Shown here: piece by piece, positions 51,878 to 60,145 of the stretch
Layout of the letters: the number at the start of each line of letters is the position of its first letter
Numbering within the stretch: the stretch's first letter is position 1
Assembly (NCBI GenBank): GCA_031962025.1
Contig: JAVRKW010000001.1
Reading direction: 5' to 3' (one strand)
DNA: 64,000 nucleotides
Source of the DNA: Pseudothermotoga sp.
GTDB lineage: Bacteria; Thermotogota; Thermotogae; Thermotogales; DSM-5069
Position numbers and translations under genes: made by a program
Notes under the pieces: generated by a model
Told to the model about the DNA's origin: nothing
Databases searched by the model: none
The model's input: the letters and a program-made list of their open reading frames with translations, nothing else

Positions 51878-52032
51878 TTCTGATCACCTGTCATCACTTT
51901 ATCAAACCTTATATGGTTTTCAAGTTTTGGCTGTTCCGAGATCCTCTTTAGAAGAACGTTTCTAACACCAAATTTTATGGACTTTGAAACAATTTGATTT
52001 TTTGAGATATAACTATAACAGAGGGAGTAAAG

Positions 52033-53595
52033 ATGAAAAGTATAGAGGGCTTGAAAGAGACATTCAGGTACGGTGCTTTTTCTCTTCCAGCAGTGAATTA
52101 CATGCTTTGCGAAGAAAACCTTTCAAAAGAGTGCAGAGAGGTTCTCTGTATACTGAAACTTGCATGGAAAGGGAACTTCAAAGAAGCAGTCCAGAGAATA
52201 GATAAAATTTTGAAAAGCTGCAAATCCAAAGCAGCGAAATATTTTCTTTTGGCGAACAAACTAGCATTTTTAAAATATACAGGCAAATTAGATATGAATC
52301 TGTACAGGTACCTGAAAAGAAACCTCCCCAAAATGCCAAAATCAATAAGAGACACTGTGATCGTTACTTTAATAAATTTTGAAGCAAGCGGAGTGAAGTC
52401 ACTGCGGAATGTGAGGGTGTGGAAAAACGATTACAGAAAATCCACACTTTCTTTTTTATATCTTTCCCTGGCAAGAAGGGAAGCAGATTCTGGAAGACTT
52501 TCTGAGGCGGTACATGATTACATACAGGCTTACAGACTATCCAGGGAGGTTCCCCACCCAACCTGCATTTTTTCCTCCTTGAACGATCTTGCATGGGATA
52601 TTAAAGAAAAACATCCAAGACTTGCCTATGACCTTTCTCAAGGAGCTGTTTTCTGGCTTGGATACTATAGAGAAGAACCAGGAAATCTCTTTGGAGCGCT
52701 GGATACTCTGTTTGTTGTGGAAAAAGATATTGATTCACCGTCTATCCACAGCACTGCGCATATCATTGTTTCGCTTTCTGTACCAGAGGATTATCTGTCT
52801 CTGCTCAAAAAAGCGAGGAAATTTGTGTTGGACTACACAAGATCAACTTATCCGAACACAAGTCAGTTGAGAAGATATGTTGAAAGGGTCGCTTGGAAAG
52901 GAAAAACTCTCAGTTCCAAAGGTATCTCGGATATATTGAAAGGAAAAACAAAAATGATTCGTGCAGATACGATAAGAAGACTGTTGACATCTGGTGTTGA
53001 TACAGGGGTACCCTTTCCTGTCTGGAACGAGTGGATAAAGATGGAGATTGAAAGAAAATACAAGGAGTCGTCAGAAAAGCTTAAAGAGTTCCCCTTTCAT
53101 CAGAAACGAGTCCTTTTTCTTTCCACCTACATGGCTCTTCTTGATAGAAAATTCCTTTCAAGGAAAGAAAGACTCAAAAAAGCATACACACTCCTTGAAG
53201 ATATTGAACCGTTCGCTGATTTCATGGCAAAAGATCACCAGACCATGGAATTTGTTGTTTCAATAATGAAGGCTCATCCTTTCATTGAAGGAAGGAAAGA
53301 GGTGGTGAAGAAAGCCCTTGAAAGGATGAAAGGAGAGAAACTGGAAAGATTTGCTCTGAGATACATCGAGATGAAAGAATCCGACAGAAAACTCCTTGAC
53401 AGATTTCTGAGAAACTATGGAAGGTACGATGGAGTGAGGTTTGGCATCAGGCTAAAGGGACCGGATGTGGTGAGGGAGTTTGCAAGGAGGTATTCTCTCA
53501 AGTTTCAGCCCCTGTTTGTTGCTTTCTGGTGTGAAGAGGACGGCAGAGTGAGAAGAAGGCTGGAGAGAATAATGCACCACATGATTCATGAATGA
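52033..53595 (+). CDS. Alpha-helical protein with TPR-like repeats and a central HTH-like segment; putative regulator
   Basis: GAGGGAG RBS; LYLSLARREADSGRLSEAVHDYIQAYRLS and SSLNDLAW TPR-like helices; LSSKGISDILKGKTKMIRADTIRRL XRE-like segment. Confidence 0.65.
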   Translation: MKSIEGLKETFRYGAFSLPAVNYMLCEENLSKECREVLCILKLAWKGNFKEAVQRIDKILKSCKSKAAKYFLLANKLAFLKYTGKLDMNLYRYLKRNLPKMPKSIRDTVIVTLINFEASGVKSLRNVRVWKNDYRKSTLSFLYLSLARREADSGRLSEAVHDYIQAYRLSREVPHPTCIFSSLNDLAWDIKEKHPRLAYDLSQGAVFWLGYYREEPGNLFGALDTLFVVEKDIDSPSIHSTAHIIVSLSVPEDYLSLLKKARKFVLDYTRSTYPNTSQLRRYVERVAWKGKTLSSKGISDILKGKTKMIRADTIRRLLTSGVDTGVPFPVWNEWIKMEIERKYKESSEKLKEFPFHQKRVLFLSTYMALLDRKFLSRKERLKKAYTLLEDIEPFADFMAKDHQTMEFVVSIMKAHPFIEGRKEVVKKALERMKGEKLERFALRYIEMKESDRKLLDRFLRNYGRYDGVRFGIRLKGPDVVREFARRYSLKFQPLFVAFWCEEDGRVRRRLERIMHHMIHE

Positions 53596-53599
53596 CCAA

Positions 53600-54053
53600 G
53601 TGGGAAAACAGGTTTTTGTTCCCTGATTTTCCACGATATCACACATCCACCAGAGGAATTCCTGGTGACTTGGGCTCACCGCTGCGGTGACGGGTAGTGA
53701 GAGTGTGAAACGTGGAGTTTTTTGCCGAATCCCTTTCCCAGCCAGCTTGCCCAAATCAGAGGAAAGAGCACCGTGTCGAAATCGAATCTTTCTAACATCG
53801 CAAGTGCTGCTTCTTCGCTGTGAGCAGAAAAACCGATGTACCTTATCAATCTTTCTTTTTTTGCTTTCAAAAAGGCCTCTATAGCTCCATTCGGTGAAAA
53901 GATGGCTTCCACTTCGTCCAGTGTGGTCACGGCATGGAACTGATAGAGGTCGAAATGGTCGGTGTTAAGTCTTTTCAGAGATTCGTTCAGCTCTTTCCAT
54001 GCGCCTTCTTTTGTTCTCTCCATCGTTTTACAGGCAAGAAATACCTGATCTCT
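53600..54053 (-). pseudogene. Aldo/keto reductase pseudogene (5'-truncated, with internal deletion/frameshift)
   Basis: VFLACKT, SLKRLNTDHFDLYQFH, RYIGFSAH in one frame; C-terminal RFTLSLPVTAAVSP in another frame from 53712. Confidence 0.82.
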
Positions 54054-54110
54054 GTGACCTCCTCCCATCCCTGAAGCGGGTGGGCTTCCCCTTTCACCGA
54101 GGGAAGCTTA
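54054..54110 (-). mobile_element. IS200/IS605 (tnpB-type) right-end remnant
   Basis: Minus strand GGGAAGCCCACCCGCTTCAGGGATGGGAGGAGGTCAC ends in TCAC exactly at the AKR break; preceded by hairpin GCTTCCC..GGGAAGC. Confidence 0.65.
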
Positions 54111-54129
54111 TGCGGATATAGGGGTTACT

Positions 54130-54142
54130 CCCTGGTCACCAG
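54130..54142 (+). repeat. Direct repeat of the tRNA-Phe 3' end (putative att site)
   Basis: CCCTGGTCACCAG versus CCCTGGCCACCAG at 48974-48986 (12/13). Confidence 0.55.
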
Positions 54143-54275
54143 GATATACCATGAAAAAATAAAATATGGATTTTGCAGTTTACGAAAATCGGAAGATACT
54201 AACAGTATCTGTTATTTAGTTTTAAAAATCTCACTGTATGTGAGGAAAATACTATAAAAACATCTTGTTTAATTT

Positions 54276-55319
54276 TTATTTTCCCATTGCTCGTGCTATA
54301 TCAGCCAAGTCTGGGTGAACAACCTCTCCTTCATTAAGGAGCAGTTGATCGTCAAGCCAGACAGTTGAATTCAGGCATATTCCATCAGCATGAGAAACGG
54401 CTTCACCAAGTTTTCCCTTAAAAGCTGGCCCCTGGTAGCCAAATCCCCATTCAGTTGATCCCCAAACTCGTTCGTCCTCAGTGCACAAACCACTCAGTTT
54501 CGCACCAGGATTAAATCCATAACAAACGTGAGCTAAGTAATACATTCTTGGATCTTGAAGCTTTTCAAGCCATCTTCTAACGAATTTTGCTTCTTCCTGA
54601 CCTTTTATTTCAACAATTTTCCCATGTTTAACTACAAGCTCTATCGGATGTGCAAGTATGCCAAGATCAGCTTCTCCACCACCAGAGAAAGAACCATCAA
54701 AGACTATAACTCCATTAATGCTTTCTTCAAGTGGTGCCCATCCAATCTGTCCAAGCAGAAAATGGGGTCCTGGCACATCTGCGCGTAACTCATTTGTTAC
54801 GGGCCTTCCAGGTACATTCTCAAAAGATACATCCGTACCAGCTGGTGTGGTAATTCTTATTTTTCGTGCTTTCTTGGTTAGTTCAACAACCGTGTTTTGA
54901 AATTTCTCTTGAAGAGTTAAATTCACACGAGCAATGCATCGAGTAATCCTTTCGCGATCTAATCCCCCTAAGAACAAATACCGTGTGCGTCCGTTTGACA
55001 TTGCTTGCGTCCAAGCGGTATTGTAGAGTAACCATTGATTGTTGTACTCAATCCAGACATCAGCAGCTGGAATGGCTGCTTTCAGGGATTCTGGTAGCTG
55101 TTCATCGGCTATCTTACCATAGCCACGCGGTGTAGTGTGCCACGCCACCATAACTTTTGCCCCGATTGCTTCGGCAGCCTTAGCTGTTTCTTCAGCTGGT
55201 TTAAAATCCATTGCAGAATCGATTGTTATGAGAACAGATTCACCTGCTTTTACCCTGCAAAGCTCTGATACTACTGTGTAAGCTGCTTTTGCAACCTCAA
55301 GTTCAAACACATCCATCAT
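54276..55319 (-). CDS. Metallo-dependent enzyme of the M29 aminopeptidase / NicX-like superfamily
   Basis: ITTPAGTDV, GVIVFDGS, LAHVCYGFNPGA, HADG; ATG 55319 behind GGAGG. Confidence 0.72.
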   Translation of the reverse strand: MMDVFELEVAKAAYTVVSELCRVKAGESVLITIDSAMDFKPAEETAKAAEAIGAKVMVAWHTTPRGYGKIADEQLPESLKAAIPAADVWIEYNNQWLLYNTAWTQAMSNGRTRYLFLGGLDRERITRCIARVNLTLQEKFQNTVVELTKKARKIRITTPAGTDVSFENVPGRPVTNELRADVPGPHFLLGQIGWAPLEESINGVIVFDGSFSGGGEADLGILAHPIELVVKHGKIVEIKGQEEAKFVRRWLEKLQDPRMYYLAHVCYGFNPGAKLSGLCTEDERVWGSTEWGFGYQGPAFKGKLGEAVSHADGICLNSTVWLDDQLLLNEGEVVHPDLADIARAMGK

Positions 55320-55338
55320 GAAAACACCTCCCAGTGTG

Positions 55339-56172
55339 TTAGTCATGGCTTTCTTGCCTCGCATAAGTATGAATATATTGATTGAGAAATCTTTCCAGAT
55401 AAATCATGAATTCAGGTTCGTTATGAAAGCACAATGTAACAGCTTTCTCCAGATCATTCCTGTACACCTCTAACATATGGAAATTGTTGTGCTTTATACG
55501 AATCAGGTAATCACACACCTTGAGAGCTGCTTCCATGAGTCTAATCATTCCATAATTCGATGGTTCAACCGAGCTAATTTTGGCTGAGGTAACCAGAAAA
55601 ACGAGCAATTCCATTAACGATTGAACAGTCTGTCTATGAAGATCAACCTCCTCATTTTGTTCGATCTCGTCCGCTTCGATGTGAATCACAGCTTCATTTC
55701 TGGGTGGGGGAGGTGGCAATTCTTTATAATGCCCCACAGTAACCAGTAACACGGGTTTTATACCATCCGGAAGTTGAAGAATAGCGCGAAGTGAATCTGA
55801 ATCAAAAGAGCTAACAGGGCATGTGCCAAGTCCAAGCTCGAAAGCTCGCAACATCATGTTTTGGCATGCCATGGCAATGTCCATAATACAATTCAAATGC
55901 CACTCTTTCAGTTTGAGGGCTTCCATTTTTGCTTCATTCAGACATAGCAAAATCACTGCTTTGGGATTACTTAGAATGCCCGGTGAGACACTTCTTATGA
56001 GTTCAATCGAATGAGGATTGTGATAACAATAAAACTCCCATAGTTGCAAATTACCAGCAGAGGGAGCATAGATTCCAGCAAGCATGATTTCGTGCAATAC
56101 GGTACTTTCCACCGGTTTGTCTATGAAAGAACGTATACTTCTTCTTCTGAAAATAGCATCTTTAACTTCCAT
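55339..56172 (-). CDS. Nitroreductase-family protein with an extra C-terminal helical domain
   Basis: RRSIRSF, APSAGNLQ, QNMMLRAFELGLGTC; ~100 extra C-terminal residues. Confidence 0.85.
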   Translation of the reverse strand: MEVKDAIFRRRSIRSFIDKPVESTVLHEIMLAGIYAPSAGNLQLWEFYCYHNPHSIELIRSVSPGILSNPKAVILLCLNEAKMEALKLKEWHLNCIMDIAMACQNMMLRAFELGLGTCPVSSFDSDSLRAILQLPDGIKPVLLVTVGHYKELPPPPPRNEAVIHIEADEIEQNEEVDLHRQTVQSLMELLVFLVTSAKISSVEPSNYGMIRLMEAALKVCDYLIRIKHNNFHMLEVYRNDLEKAVTLCFHNEPEFMIYLERFLNQYIHTYARQESHD

Positions 56173-57175
56173 TCAAAACTCCTCCCAGAGAAGTTACCTT
56201 TTCTTTTGAGTATAAATGGCATTTCACAAATCTGTCAGAGGTTATCTCATAATTTTCAGGCTCCCGCTGTTTGCATAATTCCCAGGCGAACGGGCATCTT
56301 GTATGGAAAGAACAGCCCGGAGGCACGTTTACTGGACTTGGTATTTCACCAGTTGACTGAATTTTCTTGGGCTTGAGATCCTCCTCGGCTTCTGTTACAA
56401 CAGGGATGGAAGATAGCAACATTTGCGTATATGGATGCGCGGGCTTGGCAAACACATCCAGTGTTGGTCCTTGTTCAATTATCTTGCCCAAATACATGAT
56501 TGCTATTCTATTTGATATATTTCGAACCAAACTGAGGTCATGAGTTATAAAAAGATATGTTAATCCCAGTTCTTCTTTTAGTTTAAGAAGAGTGCGTATT
56601 ATCTTGGCTTGTATTGAAACATCCAATGCAGAGGTAGGTTCATCGAGAATTATAAATGATGGTTGGGAAGCAAGGGCTCGTGCAATCGCAACGAGCTGTT
56701 TCTCTCCTCCCCCGATATCTCGGGGCAATTTGTAAAGATAATCCAATGGCAGTTCTACCATTTCAATATACTTTGTAATTCTCTTTCTCAATTCTCTTCC
56801 GCTTATCCTATCATGAACCAGTATCGGCGCTGCAACAATTTGGGCAATAGATTTAGTTGGGTTAAGAGATGTTCCAGGATCCTGAAAAACAATCTGAATT
56901 TCTCTCTTCAAATCTGCAGAGCGCTTCCAGTGGATTCTACTGATATCTTTCCCTTTATAAATAATTTTGCCCGCCGTAGGCTCGTACATACCAACTATCG
57001 TGTATGCAGTTGTACTTTTCCCTGAGCCTGACTCACCAACTAAAGCAAAAACATCCTTTTCGTTTACATTGAAATCTATACCATCCACGGCTTTCACGTA
57101 GATATCTTTTTTCTTGGTTGGAAAATACTTTTTGAGATTCTGAATTTGTAAGATCACTTGCACTATATTCATCAC
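56162..57175 (-). CDS. Opp/Dpp ABC ATPase (OppF-type)
   Basis: GESGSGKST, variant signature IGGGEKQ, DEPTSALD. Confidence 0.88.
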   Translation of the reverse strand: MMNIVQVILQIQNLKKYFPTKKKDIYVKAVDGIDFNVNEKDVFALVGESGSGKSTTAYTIVGMYEPTAGKIIYKGKDISRIHWKRSADLKREIQIVFQDPGTSLNPTKSIAQIVAAPILVHDRISGRELRKRITKYIEMVELPLDYLYKLPRDIGGGEKQLVAIARALASQPSFIILDEPTSALDVSIQAKIIRTLLKLKEELGLTYLFITHDLSLVRNISNRIAIMYLGKIIEQGPTLDVFAKPAHPYTQMLLSSIPVVTEAEEDLKPKKIQSTGEIPSPVNVPPGCSFHTRCPFAWELCKQREPENYEITSDRFVKCHLYSKEKVTSLGGVLNGS

Positions 57176-57181
57176 TCCTCT

Positions 57182-58156
57182 TCACTTTCTCTCTTCGTAA
57201 AGAAAACAAGCAACTTGGTGATTGTCTGTAACTTGATAGAAATGAGGTTTCTCAACAAAACATTTATCCATTGCGTATTCACACCTTGGAGCGAATCTAC
57301 AACCTTGAGGTGGATTCAAATAATCTGGAATTCTTCCTTTGATACCTTCTGCTATACCCTCACCTGTCAACCTAGGCAGTGAAGTCAGCAATCCTTTCGT
57401 ATAGGGATGATATGGATCTTCAAAAATTTGATAACTGTCGGCATGTTCGACAATGGTTCCAGCATACATCACATATATCCTGTCACATGTTTCCCGAGCA
57501 ACTCCAAGAGAATGAGTTACAAGAACTAGGGCAAGTTGTTGTTCCTGACACAAATGCTTTATAAGCTTGAGCACTTGGTCTTGGATTGTTACATCCAGAT
57601 TGGTTGTTGGTTCATCGGCTAATATTATATTTGGTTCCGCAGCAAGTGCCATAGCAATACAAACGCGTTGCCTCATACCACCGCTCAATTGGAATGGAAA
57701 ATTAGAATAGAGTCTCTCTGCATCAGGAAGACGTGCAAGCCGCAGCGCGTTGACAGCGGCTTGTGCTGTCTTTTCAGTACGGCCAGCGGCATACTTTATC
57801 ACAAGTTCCAATTGCTCGCCAATAGTGAATACAGGATTAAGTGATGCTGTTGGATCCTGAAATACCATTGCTATTCTTCGAGCTGGTTCTCTTCTCACGT
57901 GATACCTCGTCACTTCCAATATGGTTTTGTCGTTCGCTGTTATTCTGCCATCGGTCAGAATAGCATTATGCGCCAGGATTCCCATTACAGCCTTCAATGT
58001 GGTAGTCTTCCCGCAACCAGTCTCACCGACTAGTCCAACTTTTTCTCCCTTTTTGACTTCCAGATTCACTCTATCCAGAACTTTCAACATACCTTTGTAA
58101 ACCTTGTAAGAAACGCTCAAATTCTCAATCTTCAATGCAATATCAGCGATAGTCAT
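57182..58156 (-). CDS. Opp/Dpp ABC ATPase (OppD-type)
   Basis: [16 protein letters not shown]. Confidence 0.9.
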   Translation of the reverse strand: MTIADIALKIENLSVSYKVYKGMLKVLDRVNLEVKKGEKVGLVGETGCGKTTTLKAVMGILAHNAILTDGRITANDKTILEVTRYHVRREPARRIAMVFQDPTASLNPVFTIGEQLELVIKYAAGRTEKTAQAAVNALRLARLPDAERLYSNFPFQLSGGMRQRVCIAMALAAEPNIILADEPTTNLDVTIQDQVLKLIKHLCQEQQLALVLVTHSLGVARETCDRIYVMYAGTIVEHADSYQIFEDPYHPYTKGLLTSLPRLTGEGIAEGIKGRIPDYLNPPQGCRFAPRCEYAMDKCFVEKPHFYQVTDNHQVACFLYEERK

Positions 58157-58160
58157 GCAC

Positions 58161-59069
58161 TCACTCCCCCGACGTCAACATTTCTCTGATTCCATCTCCC
58201 AGTAGGTTAAAAGCGAGTATTATAACTACTATCATAAGGGCTGGGAACACGGATATCCACCAGTATGTGGGCAAATATTTTGCACCGTCAGAAACCATGG
58301 TTCCGAGTGCGGGAGTTGGTGGTTGTTCACCAAGGCCGACAAAGCTGAGTGAGGCGCCAGTAAGAATAACCCATCCTACATCGAGTGTCATCTTTGTAAG
58401 GATAGAACCAAGATGGTTTGGCAGTATTTCTGAAAACATGATTTTGAGCCGACTCATTCCAATCAATTCTGTGGCTTTGATAAATGGTTCATTTCTGATC
58501 GAAATTGTCATTCCATATACCAGCCTAGCATACCAAGGCCACCAGGAAACACAAACCGCGATCATTGAATTTGTCAGTGTCGGTTTGAGTAAAGCAGCAA
58601 TCGCCAAAGCAAGAACCAAAGGTGGTACTGCCAAAAACACGTCTGTTATCCTCATAATAACAGTACTGAACCAAGTTCCTTCAAAATAGCCACCAATCAG
58701 TCCAACGACTGTCCCAAGTGGTACAACAATTGCAAGGACTACTGATCCCATTATTAATGCTCCTCTGAAGGCAAAAAACACTCTGCTTAGTATGTCGCGC
58801 CCCATAGCATCTGTTCCAAAAGGATGGGTCAGACTTGGTGGTCTGCAGGTGTTTCCAAAATCCACAAATGGGCCAGCGTGTTCAGGGAATGGTGCTACAA
58901 AAGGAGCAAATACAGCAATGAATACTATGGTTAATACCATAACTAGGCCGAGAACAGAAAGCTTACTCCTCGAAAAGCGATACCATGCACGCTTCAATCT
59001 CTCTTTGTATGCAGAACCTACGGTTAACTCCCCTATTGCATGTCCTTCACGCAACTTTGCTCCCCCCAA
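58161..59069 (-). CDS. Opp/Dpp ABC permease (OppC-type)
   Basis: HPFGTDAMGRD, SLSFVGLG; start uncertain. Confidence 0.88.
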   Translation of the reverse strand: MGGAKLREGHAIGELTVGSAYKERLKRAWYRFSRSKLSVLGLVMVLTIVFIAVFAPFVAPFPEHAGPFVDFGNTCRPPSLTHPFGTDAMGRDILSRVFFAFRGALIMGSVVLAIVVPLGTVVGLIGGYFEGTWFSTVIMRITDVFLAVPPLVLALAIAALLKPTLTNSMIAVCVSWWPWYARLVYGMTISIRNEPFIKATELIGMSRLKIMFSEILPNHLGSILTKMTLDVGWVILTGASLSFVGLGEQPPTPALGTMVSDGAKYLPTYWWISVFPALMIVVIILAFNLLGDGIREMLTSGE

Positions 59070-60075
59070 ATCTCACTCTTGGATCAAGATATGCTATTAT
59101 GACATCTATGATGATATTTGCGACAGTATAAGCAATGCCTATGATTAAAACTACACTTATGATTGCGAAAAGATCTTTGTTCAACATTGCCTCAACACCA
59201 TATCTTGAGAAGCCAGGATAGAGAAAGACCAGTTCAACCAGGAAAGCATTACCGAGTAATGCGGCGATATCAAGAGCCATTATCGAAACAGGAGCTACGA
59301 GCGAAGGTTTCAACAGAAGGCGTTTGTAGATCAACTTTTCGGGTATACCATATGCCCTGGCTGCCAGAATGTAATCTTTTTCGGCATTATCGACCATGCT
59401 AGCTCTAGTCATTCTTGCCGCTTGTGCCGCTCCTCCCATAGCCAATGCTAACGAAGGAAGGATAATGTGCCATAGTGCATCGAGAGCAACGCGGAACCGC
59501 CCTGTTAGCAGACCGTCGATGGTGTACATCCCAGTGATTCTCGGAGGAGGAGTTAGATTTGAACTTAACCTTCCAATAGTTGGGAAAATCGGAATGATAT
59601 ATGAGAATACTAGAGAGAACAAAATTGCCCAGACAAAAGCAGGTGTAACTATTCCAACGTAAGACATTATTCTGATCACACCATCCAACCATGTTTTGGC
59701 AAATCTTGCCGACAACCTTCCCAGATTGATTCCAATGATAGCCATGAAAACCGCTGAAAGGCATATTATTTCAAGCGATGCCGGTAGATATTCCGCGATA
59801 TCTACTTTTATTGAACGTCTCGACCGCAATGACTCACCAAGGTCACCCTTCAATAAGTTTGATAACCAAAGAAAATACCTTTCCACCAGGGGTTTGTCAA
59901 GATTCATTTGCTTTCTCAATGCTTCAACAGCCCATTCTGGAGCCCTTGGGCCCAGAGCCATACGAGCGGGATCGCCAGGAACAATGTTGGAAATCAAGAA
60001 AATCAGAACAGAAACACCTAGAAGAACCCCCACTGAGTAAATCAGACGTTTGATGAAATACTTTGCTAAGGACAT
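59047..60075 (-). CDS. Opp/Dpp ABC permease (OppB-type)
   Basis: PGDPA, GDLGES, DYILAARAYG, LDPRVR. Confidence 0.9.
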   Translation of the reverse strand: MSLAKYFIKRLIYSVGVLLGVSVLIFLISNIVPGDPARMALGPRAPEWAVEALRKQMNLDKPLVERYFLWLSNLLKGDLGESLRSRRSIKVDIAEYLPASLEIICLSAVFMAIIGINLGRLSARFAKTWLDGVIRIMSYVGIVTPAFVWAILFSLVFSYIIPIFPTIGRLSSNLTPPPRITGMYTIDGLLTGRFRVALDALWHIILPSLALAMGGAAQAARMTRASMVDNAEKDYILAARAYGIPEKLIYKRLLLKPSLVAPVSIMALDIAALLGNAFLVELVFLYPGFSRYGVEAMLNKDLFAIISVVLIIGIAYTVANIIIDVIIAYLDPRVRFGGSKVA

Positions 60076-60094
60076 GACACTCACCACCGCTAGA

Positions 60095-60139
60095 TTTCAT
60101 AACCTGGATAGGGGCCCAACCCTATCCAGGTAAATGAAA
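60095..60139 (-). terminator. Long stem-loop after the substrate-binding protein gene
   Basis: ACCTGGATAGGG-gcccaa-CCCTATCCAGGT extended by TTTCAT/ATGAAA. Confidence 0.72.
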
Positions 60140-60145
60140 ATATCC

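Larger units (their letters stand above)
48987..54142. mobile_element. Degenerate genomic island integrated at tRNA-Phe
   Basis: Starts at the tRNA 3' end, ends at a 12/13 direct repeat of it, contains pseudogenes and IS-like ends; no integrase left. Confidence 0.55.

Noticed and set aside
53600..53710. Cluster of hairpins (CACCAG..CTGGTG, TCACCGC-T-GCGGTGA, TCACAC..GTGTGA) suggesting a structured ncRNA
   Set aside because: The minus strand reads as AKR C-terminal coding sequence and no riboswitch consensus is recognisable; at most a terminator-like stem at 53600-53634.
49117..54110. The two IS605-like ends as borders of one composite element
   Set aside because: Orientations are inconsistent (left-end-like on plus, right-end-like on minus), so I treat them as independent scars.
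53660..54144. 10-bp inverted repeat TCCTGGTGAC flanking the AKR fragment, like terminal inverted repeats
   Set aside because: One copy lies in AKR coding sequence and the other is explained by the tRNA-derived repeat; no target-site duplication seen.
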